Shown piece after piece: positions 1 to 10,016 of a stretch of DNA of 64,000 nt; position 1 is the first letter of the stretch; each line of letters begins with the position of its first letter. The notes below the pieces were generated by a model. It was not told the DNA's origin. It saw only the letters and a program-made list of their open reading frames with translations, and did no database searches. The position numbers were made by a program, and so were the translations under genes. Source of the stretch: an uncultured Planctomycetaceae bacterium (GTDB lineage Bacteria > Planctomycetota > Planctomycetia > Planctomycetales > Planctomycetaceae). The stretch spans positions 372,001-436,000 of the forward strand of contig CAXBME010000001.1 of the NCBI GenBank assembly GCA_963976765.1. The letters are read 5' to 3'.

Positions 1-2
1 AA

Positions 3-590
3 ACCCGCCCGCTCGCCGAACGGTTTCTTGATATCTTCGCCGAGTACGAGTACGTCGTGTGCCCATCGGGAAGCTGTACGGCGATGGTGACTCACCACTA
101 CGAAAACTACCTGGAAGGCCGAGACGGTTTCGAAGCCTTGAAGAAGAAGACTTTCGAGCTGACTGAATTTCTCGTCGACATTCTGAAGGTCGGCAAAGTT
201 GAAGGCAGCTTCCCTCACAAAGTTGGCCTGCATCAGAGCTGCCACGGCCTGAGAGAACTTCGTCTGGGCAGCTCGTCAGAACTCGTCGGCCTGACCTTTA
301 ACAAGGCTCGCTGGCTGCTGGAATCTCTGGAAGGAATCCAGATCAGCGAACTGACCCGCCCCGATGAATGCTGTGGCTTCGGCGGAACCTTTGCGATCGG
401 CGAAGAAGCCGTTTCCGTGATGATGGGCAAAGACCGGATCGCTGATCACGAATCAGCCGGCACCGAGATACTTACCGCCAACGACATGTCCTGCCTGATG
501 CACATGGACGGTCTGATCCGACGGGAAAAGAAACCGATCCGAGTCATGCACATTGCTGAGATCCTCAGCGAAGCCGGGTGTCGTTCATAG
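3..590 (+). CDS. lutA: (Fe-S)-binding CCG-domain protein, LutA/YkgE family (lactate utilisation); 5' end outside window
   Basis: Frame open from the window edge; motifs VCPSGSC, HQSCHGLR, ECCGFGGTF and DMSCLMHM. Confidence 0.8.
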   Translation, partial: TRPLAERFLDIFAEYEYVVCPSGSCTAMVTHHYENYLEGRDGFEALKKKTFELTEFLVDILKVGKVEGSFPHKVGLHQSCHGLRELRLGSSSELVGLTFNKARWLLESLEGIQISELTRPDECCGFGGTFAIGEEAVSVMMGKDRIADHESAGTEILTANDMSCLMHMDGLIRREKKPIRVMHIAEILSEAGCRS

Positions 591-678
591 CTCGTCTGGT
601 TCGAGAAAGGCTCAGCCTCTCTCAGGCAAACGGCTTCGGCGCAAGGTCCGTGTGGTGGAAAACAGACTTCAGCGACGA

Positions 679-2376
679 TCATTCGCGTAACCGAGTCTCA
701 AAGCGAACTCGCTTCTGGCCGAGAAATTTCAGCTCAGTCAGCTTCCAGAATCCGTCCGCGTCTTTGACGGAGAGCCTGCCAACATATTCGTTCTCACGAG
801 TGTGGATGTGCCCCCAGTGTTCAACTTCTCCTGACACTCTCCAGCAAAGATCGACCTGAAATTCACCGAGCGACGGTGCTCCGGTCACGATGCCTGACAC
901 TGGTTGTACTTCCAGGACTCGCGACCGTGAACCACCCTGCTCAGCCATCAGAAGCGAACGTCGAATCTGCAAGTACAACGAACGAAGCAATGGTCCGTCA
1001 ACGAATGCACTGAGGGCATCGTAAGTCTCCCTCTCACCTTGAAAGTCGAACGCGCGATAGACATTTCGAATCAGCAAGTGAGCTATCTGCTCGGCCCGGT
1101 CCGAAGAAGGGGCGGAATCGGTCGAGGATATTGCTTTGACCGCAGGCTCTGACTGCTGATCAGAATTCGTGCCGGCCCAGTCAAAGACCACATCGCCAGG
1201 GCGAAAAAAGTGTTCGCGCGATGGGTTATTGAATTCATAGATGACCGACTTCAGAAACGGAGCAAACCTGTTGAATGTCTCCCATTCTGCGTGAATCTTC
1301 GACGGGATTTTCTCCGATGGGTAGCTCAGCATGATGCCGACTCTTGCCTGCGCGACGCTCACACGGCGAGGCTCGGCATTCATGGCAAAGTCTCGAATGT
1401 CCAGACCGAAGAAATTCACGCGAGCGACAATTGGTTTCACAACCGAACCGTTGATCGAAACCGGATTGCCCTTTCGAAAAAAGTCCGCGACCTGCGATGC
1501 TGCCGCTTTCTGCTCGTCAACTTCCAGAAATGCTTCGTCGTTCCGTTTGACAGTGATCCACTCGTCGATTGTCAGCAGCGGGATCAGAATTTCGTGCCGC
1601 ACTTCGTGAGGCGTGATATAGAAAAACGAGTACAGCCCACTGTAGCTGGCAATGCCCAACTGCTGCTTCAGTCGCTCGCTTCGCTGCTCTTTGAGTTCCC
1701 GCCAGTTCTTCGGCGGTGTTGGCGGCTTCGTCCAGTCGAACCTCGTCGTCAGAGACTGACCGCTCAGTAAAGGTTGCGAAATATCCAGCACGACGCCCTG
1801 CTGTTTGACCTGGCAATCCATCATCGCGGGCAGGGTTGCCTTCTCGCCGCCGAAAGATTGGGAAACCGTCAGAAAGTCCGGCTTCGCATTTGTTGAATAT
1901 TGCAGTGAGTAGGTAACGGAAAATTGTTTGATTTCGGTGAGCGCGACTCCTTTATCCACAATGTTTGACGAGTTCACGGAGGTGACTTTGCCAGATAATA
2001 GTTTTCCGTTTTCGTCGAGCAGTCTCAGGCCGTCCAGCACAAATTTGTGATGGGACTGTGCTGCGTGGCGGAGAGAATCGGCAGGGTAAATGTCATCCTC
2101 GTTGGCACTGACCGGGTAGTACAACACGAGGTCTTCCACGAGAACTTTCAACTCGACATCAACTCGATCCTGCTGAACATCAACCACCGCTTCAGTCAGC
2201 GAGATCGGGTGAGCGACAGCGGGCGATTCGGTGACCAGAATGGTGACCAGAATACTGCAGAACAGAAGGGGCAATATCTTCAAGTATTTGAGCCGCGGAA
2301 CACATGGAATTACATGGAACGAAAGCCCCTGCTTTCGCGTAAGTCCCTGTCTTCTGTGGCTTTCTCTCTTCTGCAT
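679..2376 (-). CDS. Secreted hypothetical protein; mature N-terminus likely His, C-terminal HWGHIH motif
   Basis: 565-aa ORF with hydrophobic signal ending AVA|HPISL and C-terminal WRVSGEVEHWGHIHTRENEY; exact start uncertain. Confidence 0.7.
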   Translation of the reverse strand: MQKRESHRRQGLTRKQGLSFHVIPCVPRLKYLKILPLLFCSILVTILVTESPAVAHPISLTEAVVDVQQDRVDVELKVLVEDLVLYYPVSANEDDIYPADSLRHAAQSHHKFVLDGLRLLDENGKLLSGKVTSVNSSNIVDKGVALTEIKQFSVTYSLQYSTNAKPDFLTVSQSFGGEKATLPAMMDCQVKQQGVVLDISQPLLSGQSLTTRFDWTKPPTPPKNWRELKEQRSERLKQQLGIASYSGLYSFFYITPHEVRHEILIPLLTIDEWITVKRNDEAFLEVDEQKAAASQVADFFRKGNPVSINGSVVKPIVARVNFFGLDIRDFAMNAEPRRVSVAQARVGIMLSYPSEKIPSKIHAEWETFNRFAPFLKSVIYEFNNPSREHFFRPGDVVFDWAGTNSDQQSEPAVKAISSTDSAPSSDRAEQIAHLLIRNVYRAFDFQGERETYDALSAFVDGPLLRSLYLQIRRSLLMAEQGGSRSRVLEVQPVSGIVTGAPSLGEFQVDLCWRVSGEVEHWGHIHTRENEYVGRLSVKDADGFWKLTELKFLGQKRVRFETRLRE

Positions 2377-2389
2377 GATCCGGGAAGCC

Positions 2390-4300
2390 TCAGTCTTCGA
2401 TTCGGATGACAGCGTCAGCCCAGCTGAGAAAGTGCATGCCGTCAGAATCGATGTCAGCTGTCACGACGAACGTCGCTGGCGGGGTGGCTGACCTCTTGAC
2501 AGAGACCCTGACTGGAACCGATCCAGACTGTCGCGGCTGAAGTGCGATCTCTGTCGGCTTGCTCAGAATGTCGATTCCTCGTGATTCTCGTGGAGTCACT
2601 TTGAATGTTCGAGCGATTGGTGAGTGATTCAGAATGCGGACCTGTAAATCGATTGGCGTTCCCGCCTTTGCCGAAGCGCCGCGTGGATAAAAAGTCGCCC
2701 ACTGTTCGTCGATGCCGTAGTTGATGTCGTCCCAGGGGAGCAGTTCGTCAAGGATTTCTTTGCGTTGCTGAAGATTCGTTTCAAGGTAGTCGAGTTCCTT
2801 CTCGGAGAACCGAAAGACGTACGGGATGTGTTCATTGATCAGCCAATAATCCGAGTCCAGCTCGCGAATCTTCTTCAGACAGAATGGATACCCGGTGTCG
2901 TCGTGCAGCAGATTTCGGTTGAGCAGGCAGTAGTCGTCCATGCCAGACGGTGAGAACGCATCGCCGACAAAGTAGTAAGGCGTGCCGCCATTTCGTCGGA
3001 CCAGGATAGCGCCGTGATAAAGTGCCTGACCGGGATAAAACTGGAACTCGATCTCGAACTCTTTCCACTTCATCTTGTGACCGTTTTTAAGTCCGGTCAC
3101 GTCTTTCATCGCATTGTCAGTCGTCGCCGGCATGTGATATGCGCCGGGGTGTTCGAGGATGTCTTCGTACTCAAGCGTTGCGTAAATCGGGCAGCCAAAT
3201 TCTTCAGAAGCCGCCTGCACCATGTTCGTGTGATCGTCGTGGTAATGTGTCACAAAGATGCCATCGACCTTCTTGACGAGGCCGTCTTTCATCAGCTGCC
3301 TGACCCCGTCAATGACTCGCTGATAACCACAGTCGAGCAGAAATCCGTGCCCGTCGTCCGAGATCAGCAGGCGACTGGTCGAATTCTCCCAAATCCAGTC
3401 CGGGGTCTTCTCGTGCACGGATAACGGCATGAGTTTGACTTCAGCATCTTCACCGAGAACACGCCGTCCCTTGGTCGTCATTCGCTCCTCTTTGAAGTAC
3501 CAGTTAAGGGCGTTTGTTGAGAGGTAGTTACGGTAGTACGCCTCGACGCGACCAATCAGTCGGGCGATGGCTTCCTGCGGATTGCGGATTACCGGTCCGC
3601 GAGCAGGAATGATCAGGTCTGGTTTCTGGGCGGCTATTTTTCTGAGGCTGGGAATGAGTAACGCGAGTCGCGACGCATGACCGTGATAGCCGCCAATTTT
3701 CGCTTCAGGAATTGCATCCTGAAAGCTGTAGAGGTCGAACAGTTGCCCGTTTCCGTAAATCAGATCTCCGGTGAAGGCGACTCGTTTTCCGTCGATGTCG
3801 GCAACATACGATACGGCTCCACGTGTGAATCCCGGAGTGTCCAGTACGCGGAAGCTGGCTCCGCCGGCATTGAATGTGTCGCCTTCTTTCACCCAGCGAC
3901 CGATGTTGACAGGCTCGGCCAGAATCTTCGTTGACTGCTGAGCGTAGTCATGAAATCGCTTCGTCCAGAATCCATCCCAGAACGCGTTCGGCGTTTCGAT
4001 CAGTTCTTTTTCAGACTCGGGAGCGACCACGTGAACTCCCGCAGCAACACCACCTGCGGCAGCGGCAACAACATCTCGACGATGATGCGTCAGCAGAATT
4101 GCTACGGGCTTGTCGGTTGACGATGCCGGCCGCGAATAAACGGCCACTTGCTTTGAGCCTTCTCCGATCAAAACGCCGTTGACCGGACCTCGTTCGAAGG
4201 TCAGACGCGGCAACAATTGCTCGGCTCGAACCGTCCTGGCGTTCAACTGGCACGTAACAAAAACGGCGGCAGCAACGACAACAGCGCGGAAAATTCGCAT
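2390..4300 (-). CDS. Secreted tandem metallo-beta-lactamase-fold hydrolase
   Basis: Signal peptide; two MBL units (THHRRD...TPGFT...FTGD and THYHDDH...PGQALYH...FVGD); C-terminal beta-rich domain. Confidence 0.8.
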   Translation of the reverse strand: MRIFRAVVVAAAVFVTCQLNARTVRAEQLLPRLTFERGPVNGVLIGEGSKQVAVYSRPASSTDKPVAILLTHHRRDVVAAAAGGVAAGVHVVAPESEKELIETPNAFWDGFWTKRFHDYAQQSTKILAEPVNIGRWVKEGDTFNAGGASFRVLDTPGFTRGAVSYVADIDGKRVAFTGDLIYGNGQLFDLYSFQDAIPEAKIGGYHGHASRLALLIPSLRKIAAQKPDLIIPARGPVIRNPQEAIARLIGRVEAYYRNYLSTNALNWYFKEERMTTKGRRVLGEDAEVKLMPLSVHEKTPDWIWENSTSRLLISDDGHGFLLDCGYQRVIDGVRQLMKDGLVKKVDGIFVTHYHDDHTNMVQAASEEFGCPIYATLEYEDILEHPGAYHMPATTDNAMKDVTGLKNGHKMKWKEFEIEFQFYPGQALYHGAILVRRNGGTPYYFVGDAFSPSGMDDYCLLNRNLLHDDTGYPFCLKKIRELDSDYWLINEHIPYVFRFSEKELDYLETNLQQRKEILDELLPWDDINYGIDEQWATFYPRGASAKAGTPIDLQVRILNHSPIARTFKVTPRESRGIDILSKPTEIALQPRQSGSVPVRVSVKRSATPPATFVVTADIDSDGMHFLSWADAVIRIED

Positions 4301-4396
4301 CTGGCAAACCCTTCAGTTGAGAATCAGCAGGAGCGGCGACAAGCTTTGAGACATCGTTGCGATCATCGTTAAAAGTCCTGCGGAATAGTCAACTCA

Positions 4397-5116
4397 ATGC
4401 TCGAAATCGACGACCTCGAATTTCGTTATGAACGTGAAGGTTTCGGGCTGCGCGTTTCGAGCCTTCGCATTGCGTCGGGCGAGTCCGTCGCGTTGGTTGG
4501 TCCCAGCGGTTGCGGCAAGACAACGCTGCTCAATCTGGTTGCAGGGATTGTTGTTCCGTCGGACGGCAACGTTCGATTCGAAGGACGCGAACTCACGCGA
4601 CTCGACGATGCCGGTCGGCGTGCATTCAGAATCTCTTCGGTCGGCATGGTGTTTCAGGAATTCGAACTGCTTGAGTACCTCAATGTTGAAGAGAATATCC
4701 TGCTGCCGTTCCTGTTGAACTCGTCTCAGCGATTGAGACCTGAATCGCGAACGGCGGCTGGTGAACTCGCGGAGTCGCTTGGTTTGAATCCGCTCCTGCA
4801 TCGACGCATCGACCTGCTTTCGCACGGTGAACGTCAGCGTGTCGCAATCGCGCGAGCATTGATCACGAACCCGCAACTCCTGCTTACTGACGAGCCGACA
4901 GGGAATCTTGATCCCGCCACACGCGACCGCATTGTTGACCTGTTGTTTAAGCAGGCAGCCACTCGACAGGCGACGTTATTTATGGCAACTCACGATCACA
5001 GTCTGGTTCACCGGTTTGACCGGGTGATCGACTTTTCGACGCCCGCCGACTCGGGCATCGAGTTACTGCGGAACAAGCCGGTTGATTTGACAGTGCACGG
5101 GGAGAAAGATTCATGA
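4397..5116 (+). CDS. ABC transporter ATP-binding protein (LolD/MacB-like)
   Basis: Walker A GPSGCGKT, signature LSHGERQR, DEPTGNLD, H-loop ATHD. Confidence 0.93.
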   Translation: MLEIDDLEFRYEREGFGLRVSSLRIASGESVALVGPSGCGKTTLLNLVAGIVVPSDGNVRFEGRELTRLDDAGRRAFRISSVGMVFQEFELLEYLNVEENILLPFLLNSSQRLRPESRTAAGELAESLGLNPLLHRRIDLLSHGERQRVAIARALITNPQLLLTDEPTGNLDPATRDRIVDLLFKQAATRQATLFMATHDHSLVHRFDRVIDFSTPADSGIELLRNKPVDLTVHGEKDS

Positions 5117-6297
5117 ATGGAACTTTTCTTCTTGCCCGTCGCTATCTGTGGCATCACCGGGTGCGATCAGCCGTGCTGGTCGGCTGCCTGACGCTGATGT
5201 TTCTATTGCCGATTGGTTTGCAGTTTTTTTCGACTCATTTGGAAGCCCGTCTAACGGAACGAGCCAGCGCAACGCCTCTTGTCGTCGGCTCAGCCGGAAG
5301 CGAACTGGAACTGGCGCTGCACGCACTCTACTTCCGCGGTCAGCCGTCACGAGAAACGACGGTGGCTGAATCGAATCGGATCTCGGAAAGTGACCTCGCG
5401 AAATCAATTCCGATGCTCGTCCGATTCAAGGCCGAAGGCTGGCCCATTGTCGGTACCAGTTCTGACTACCTTCGTTTTCGGAATCTGAAAGTGGCGAAGG
5501 GGCACTCGTGGAACCGTCGTGGAGATTGCCTGCTCGGGGCAACTGTGGCGAAACAATTGAGCCTTGACCTGGACGACGGACTAATGACCGAACCGGAAAA
5601 TGTCTTTGAGCTGGATGGTTCGTTTCCATTGCGAATGCGAGTCGTCGGCCTTCTGGCAGAAACAGGTTCACCCGACGATAACGCGGTGTTTGTCGAACTG
5701 GAAACGGCGTGGATTATTGCTGGAATAGGGCACGGCCATGCGTCATCCCGAAAAAACAGATTGCCGGACGTCTCTTCCAACGGCAAGACATTCGGCAAAA
5801 CTGACGTTCCTGAGCACGATGCAGCGTTGATCGAGTTCACTGAGATTACGGAAGAGAACGCCAGCTCATTTCATTTTCACGGCGATCGCAACAATTTTCC
5901 GCTGACAGCGATCCTGGCAATTCCGCACGACGAAGAATCAGAGACACTCCTGCTGGGACGCTACCTGGCTGACGATGATCCCGCTCAGGTAATTCGACCA
6001 GTCGAGGTTATCGGTGAACTTCTCGCCATCGTGATGCGAATCCGACAACTCTTTGAACTGGCCTTTGCCGCAATGGCCATCGTCACCGCCGCGATGCTTA
6101 TTTTGTTCGTCGTCCTGGCCGTCCAGATTCGGCAGCGGGAATTCGCGACGATGTTTCGAATCGGGTGCGGTCGGTTCATGATCTTTCGACTGGTTGGAGC
6201 GGAGTTACTGATCCTTTTTACGATCAGCGGTCTGGTCACCGTGCTGATTACCGGTGCTTTCATCTGCGTTGCTCCACGTCTTAGCCTTTTGGCCTGA
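5113..6297 (+). CDS. ABC transporter permease, FtsX/MacB-like, with His-rich periplasmic loop
   Basis: ATGA overlap with the ATPase; N-terminal TM, large soluble domain, C-terminal TMs with RQREFATMFRIG; GHGH and FHFH motifs. Confidence 0.85.
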   Translation: MNGTFLLARRYLWHHRVRSAVLVGCLTLMFLLPIGLQFFSTHLEARLTERASATPLVVGSAGSELELALHALYFRGQPSRETTVAESNRISESDLAKSIPMLVRFKAEGWPIVGTSSDYLRFRNLKVAKGHSWNRRGDCLLGATVAKQLSLDLDDGLMTEPENVFELDGSFPLRMRVVGLLAETGSPDDNAVFVELETAWIIAGIGHGHASSRKNRLPDVSSNGKTFGKTDVPEHDAALIEFTEITEENASSFHFHGDRNNFPLTAILAIPHDEESETLLLGRYLADDDPAQVIRPVEVIGELLAIVMRIRQLFELAFAAMAIVTAAMLILFVVLAVQIRQREFATMFRIGCGRFMIFRLVGAELLILFTISGLVTVLITGAFICVAPRLSLLA

Positions 6298-6388
6298 CCG
6301 CAGTTCTCGCTGCGCTGGTTCATTGCCGACCTTGCAGGGATCCGGTAACAAGTTGGATGTCTGATTGTTTCGAACCTGGAGTTTTCGA

Positions 6389-7693
6389 ATGTTCACTCGC
6401 TGCATACCGGTTGTCGTTGCGTCGTTGTTCTGTCTGCTGACGTCGTTGGTTTCTGCTGAGAACTGGCCGGGGTGGCGAGGGCCGCGCGGTGACGGAACAA
6501 GTCTCGAAAAGAACGTCCCGGTTTCGTGGGACGGTGCTGAAGGGAATAACGTTGCCTGGAAAGTGGAGATTCCTGGCGAAGGCCACGCGTCGCCGACAGT
6601 CTGGGGTGATCGCGTTTTTCTCGTCAGTTGCCTGCCCGACTCGAAAGAGCGGGTGCTGATTTCGCTTGACCGACACACCGGCAACCAACTCTGGCAGAAG
6701 ACGGTGGTCGAAAGTCCGCTTGAGTCGAAACATTCGCTCAACAGTTTCGCGTCGAGCACGCCGACAACCGATGGCAAACTGGTTTATGTGGCGTTCCTGA
6801 AAGTTGATGGCCACACCGTCCCCGCGCCGAATGTTGGGAAACCGCGACCGATTACTCCGGGCGAGATGGTCGTAGCCGCGTACGATTTCGAGGGGAATCA
6901 GCGTTGGATGACGAAGCCCGGAGAATTCATCAGCGCTCACGGTTTCTGCAGTTGCCCGGTGATCTTTGAAGACCTGCTGATCGTCAACGGCGACCACGAT
7001 GGCGATTCGTACGTCGTCGCGCTGAATCGAGCAACCGGCGATATGGTGTGGAAGACGCCTCGCCGGCATAAGACCCGCAGCTATGTGACGCCGATCATTC
7101 GCGAAATCGACGGCAAGCAGCAGATGGTTTTTTCGGGGAGCAAGTGCATCGTCAGCATGGATCCTTACACCGGCAAGATGCTGTGGAACGTCGAGGGGCC
7201 AACCGAGCAGTACGTCGCCTCGATGGTCTACGACAACGAAAAATTTTACATGGCCGCCGGTTTTCCCACTCACCATGTGATGGCCGTTCGACCGGACGGG
7301 CAGGGCGACGTCACGGAATCGCACGTCGTCTGGCACACGCAGGAAGTGAAGTGCTACGTCCCGTCTCCGGTTCTGGTCGATAAATATCTGATCGTCGCCG
7401 ATGATCGTGGAACGGCTAACTGCTTTGAAACGACGAAGGGCGAACGACTCTGGCAGGGACGCATGGGCAGTCACTTCAGCGCGTCGCTGGTGACCGCCGG
7501 AGGGCTCGTTTACTTCCAGGCTGACGATGGAACGACTCGAGTTGTCAAACCCGGGCCCGACATGGAGATCGTTTCCGAAAACGAACTCGGCGAACGGTCT
7601 TATGCCTCACCTGCAATCTCAAACGGCCAACTTTTCATCCGAGGCGAGAAGCACCTCTTCTGCATCGGTGCTACGCAGACTGCCAGTCGATGA
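6389..7693 (+). CDS. PQQ-binding-like beta-propeller protein (BamB-like planctomycete family)
   Basis: GGAG RBS before ATG 6389; signal peptide then ENWPGWRGP; repeated GxxxW blades; C-terminal SPAISNGQLFIR. Confidence 0.88.
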   Translation: MFTRCIPVVVASLFCLLTSLVSAENWPGWRGPRGDGTSLEKNVPVSWDGAEGNNVAWKVEIPGEGHASPTVWGDRVFLVSCLPDSKERVLISLDRHTGNQLWQKTVVESPLESKHSLNSFASSTPTTDGKLVYVAFLKVDGHTVPAPNVGKPRPITPGEMVVAAYDFEGNQRWMTKPGEFISAHGFCSCPVIFEDLLIVNGDHDGDSYVVALNRATGDMVWKTPRRHKTRSYVTPIIREIDGKQQMVFSGSKCIVSMDPYTGKMLWNVEGPTEQYVASMVYDNEKFYMAAGFPTHHVMAVRPDGQGDVTESHVVWHTQEVKCYVPSPVLVDKYLIVADDRGTANCFETTKGERLWQGRMGSHFSASLVTAGGLVYFQADDGTTRVVKPGPDMEIVSENELGERSYASPAISNGQLFIRGEKHLFCIGATQTASR

Positions 7694-7769
7694 GCTGACC
7701 GCCTGACGAATTGCCCAGGTTGCAAAGCAGCTTCGCAAACTTTCGACGGATTCCGCGTTGTACAATTTC

Positions 7770-8651
7770 TTAAACGGTGCGGCTTCGTGGCGAGTCGATG
7801 CAGGCGATGCGGTGGAAGTGGAGTTCGACGACGCGGTCGACGACGCGGCGCAAGCCTTCCACCAGACACGCGGGTTCGTTGTCTTCCTCGCCCATCCGTT
7901 TGACCTCTTCGAGAGGCGTGCCGGGATAAACGGTGAACGAACTCTGGTTGATGATCTGATTTCCGGCGTCGAGTTCGGGCACGATGAAGTGAGCCGTCGC
8001 TCCGTACGTCAGCATGTGATGGCTGTAAGCGTCTTCGTAGGGGCGAGGGCCGGGGAATGACGGCAGAATTCCGTGGTGCAGATTGATGATTCGCCCGCCC
8101 GCGTATCGCCAGCATGTACTCGCCGGAATCATCCGCATGTATCGAGCCAGTACGACGTAATCGACATCGTACTCGTCGAACAGTTCGACCATGCGGTCGT
8201 TGTCCGGTGCTCCCTTTTCATCGCCAATGTTGTGCCAGTCGACGCCAAACTGCTCGGCCACGCCTCGGCAGGATGGGCGGTTTCCGATCATCACGGCAGC
8301 CTCGGCGTTGAGACGCTTGTCGCGGATCGCTCGCAGAACTGCCAGGGCGGGTTCTGGTCGGTATGTCGTGCAGATGGCGACTCGCGGCAAACGGTCGGAC
8401 GCGTCGCGCGACCAGGTGCGGATCTCCAGACCGGTTTCCTGGCCGATTCGATTCATCTCGCCGCGCAGTTCGCCGATCGAAGCTTTTTCGCCGGGCCATT
8501 CGATGCGGAGCAGCATTGCGAAGACGCGTTCGTAATCGCGGTCGTACATCTGAATTTCGTGAATGTTCGCACCACGCGACGTCACAAAATGAACGATCGG
8601 ATCGGCGAGACCTCGGTTGTCTGGACCGACGGCCGTGATGGTGACCTGCAT
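7770..8651 (-). CDS. purU: Formyltetrahydrofolate deformylase
   Basis: N-terminal ACT domain (GPDNRGL); VLARYMR, INLHHGILPSF, GATAHF; AGGGAG RBS before ATG 8651. Confidence 0.85.
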   Translation of the reverse strand: MQVTITAVGPDNRGLADPIVHFVTSRGANIHEIQMYDRDYERVFAMLLRIEWPGEKASIGELRGEMNRIGQETGLEIRTWSRDASDRLPRVAICTTYRPEPALAVLRAIRDKRLNAEAAVMIGNRPSCRGVAEQFGVDWHNIGDEKGAPDNDRMVELFDEYDVDYVVLARYMRMIPASTCWRYAGGRIINLHHGILPSFPGPRPYEDAYSHHMLTYGATAHFIVPELDAGNQIINQSSFTVYPGTPLEEVKRMGEEDNEPACLVEGLRRVVDRVVELHFHRIACIDSPRSRTV

Positions 8652-9170
8652 TTCTGTTAGCTCCCTGTTCCGCGTTTTCTGCGCGACGTCTGCTCTGGAT
8701 CCAGCCTGCTGGTTGGCAATCGGAATGAACTCTGACATCCTGGCCTGTTTATCGCGACGTGTCAGGACGGTTCAACCCGTCTTTCACCACTTATCGGAAC
8801 TTGAATTCCGGCCTTGCCGCCCAGGCGTATCGATTCGGCTGGCAACCGTCATCGGGCCTCTACCGTTTTCAACGGTTAAGCCGTCGGTCTCGCCTCGTCC
8901 GAACCTCATTGAACACTGGCAATGACGCGCTTTGTCGTCCGCCTGTCGCAAGCCAGATTCTGATATTGACCGGTTTCCGGGGACCAGGCATAGTCCGGCT
9001 CCTCTTCTCAGGGCGTCCTGCCCACTATGCACGACGAGTACGACTCGGTTAACACCGGCAGCAGCTCGTCGGTCCCCCCACTACGACAATTCAAAACCCA
9101 TTTCAGCTGTCTCCAGCTGCGCACGGATACTCGTTATTCGGACTCCGAGTTCATTTGAAAGGAACTCAAT

Positions 9171-10016
9171 ATGAGCGTGCATCGATTCCTGATAACCGTT
9201 GTGAGCGGTCTCGCTCTGACATCAGTCGTTGCCTCCTCGAGTCAACTGCTCGGCGCCGAATTGCCGGACAGAATCAGCAGCGGCCAGGTGCCGGTCGCAA
9301 TTCACAACCTGCCGAGTCATACAACGGCAGAGTGGTTGCGCGGCATGAATCGAAGTCAACTTGCTGGCGACGCGCAGAACATCAGGAACGTCGCGCCTGC
9401 GATTTCCGACGTCGCCCTCGACAAACATGGTTACTTGAACGGAACGATCGTGGACAACCTCGGTCTGCCTCAAGCCGGAGTTCTTGTCGTCGCACGGCAA
9501 GGGAAGGAAACGCCTCTCACAGCGCGAACTGATGTCAAAGGCGCTTTCAAGCTCGCCAGCATGAAAGGTGGAAACTGGAGTGTGACTGCCGGATCGGAAA
9601 CGTCGTGGGTAAGAACCTGGAATGCTGATCTGGCTCCACCAGCGGCGAAGTCAAATTTTCTGGTTGTCAGCAAAGCCCCGGTGATTCGAGGGCAGTCCGG
9701 TGACGGAGGTCTGTTAGCAGCGTTCGACACGGGCACGCTGTTTTCCGTCGGAGCTGGAATCACGGGAGTTACGCTGGGGGTAATCGGGATCTCAGAAGCG
9801 TCCGAAGCCAATGACGAGGCTGATTCAGCTCAAGCCTCGGCAAACCAGGCCAACGATGAAGCCGCTGCTTTGCGGGACCAGTTGAACACTCTCAGTATGA
9901 CTGTCAGCGACCAGGGGACGCAGTTGAACTCGCTCAGCACGACCGTCAGTAACCAGGCCACTCAATTGAACGCCCTTCAGATACGGGTCGACGAACTCGA
10001 AGCGACATTGAACTGA
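9171..10016 (+). CDS. Exported protein: carboxypeptidase-regulatory-like beta domain, Gly-rich hydrophobic segment and C-terminal coiled coil
   Basis: AAGGA RBS; signal peptide; GTIVD...ARTDVKGAF beta-sandwich pattern; VIRGQS; heptad tail. Confidence 0.7.
   Translation: MSVHRFLITVVSGLALTSVVASSSQLLGAELPDRISSGQVPVAIHNLPSHTTAEWLRGMNRSQLAGDAQNIRNVAPAISDVALDKHGYLNGTIVDNLGLPQAGVLVVARQGKETPLTARTDVKGAFKLASMKGGNWSVTAGSETSWVRTWNADLAPPAAKSNFLVVSKAPVIRGQSGDGGLLAAFDTGTLFSVGAGITGVTLGVIGISEASEANDEADSAQASANQANDEAAALRDQLNTLSMTVSDQGTQLNSLSTTVSNQATQLNALQIRVDELEATLN
9807..9980 (+). repeat. Intragenic 42-bp (14-aa) degenerate tandem repeats
   Basis: CAGTTGAAC/CAATTGAAC at 9879, 9921 and 9963; ANDEA codons at 9807 and 9849. 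Confidence 0.75.
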
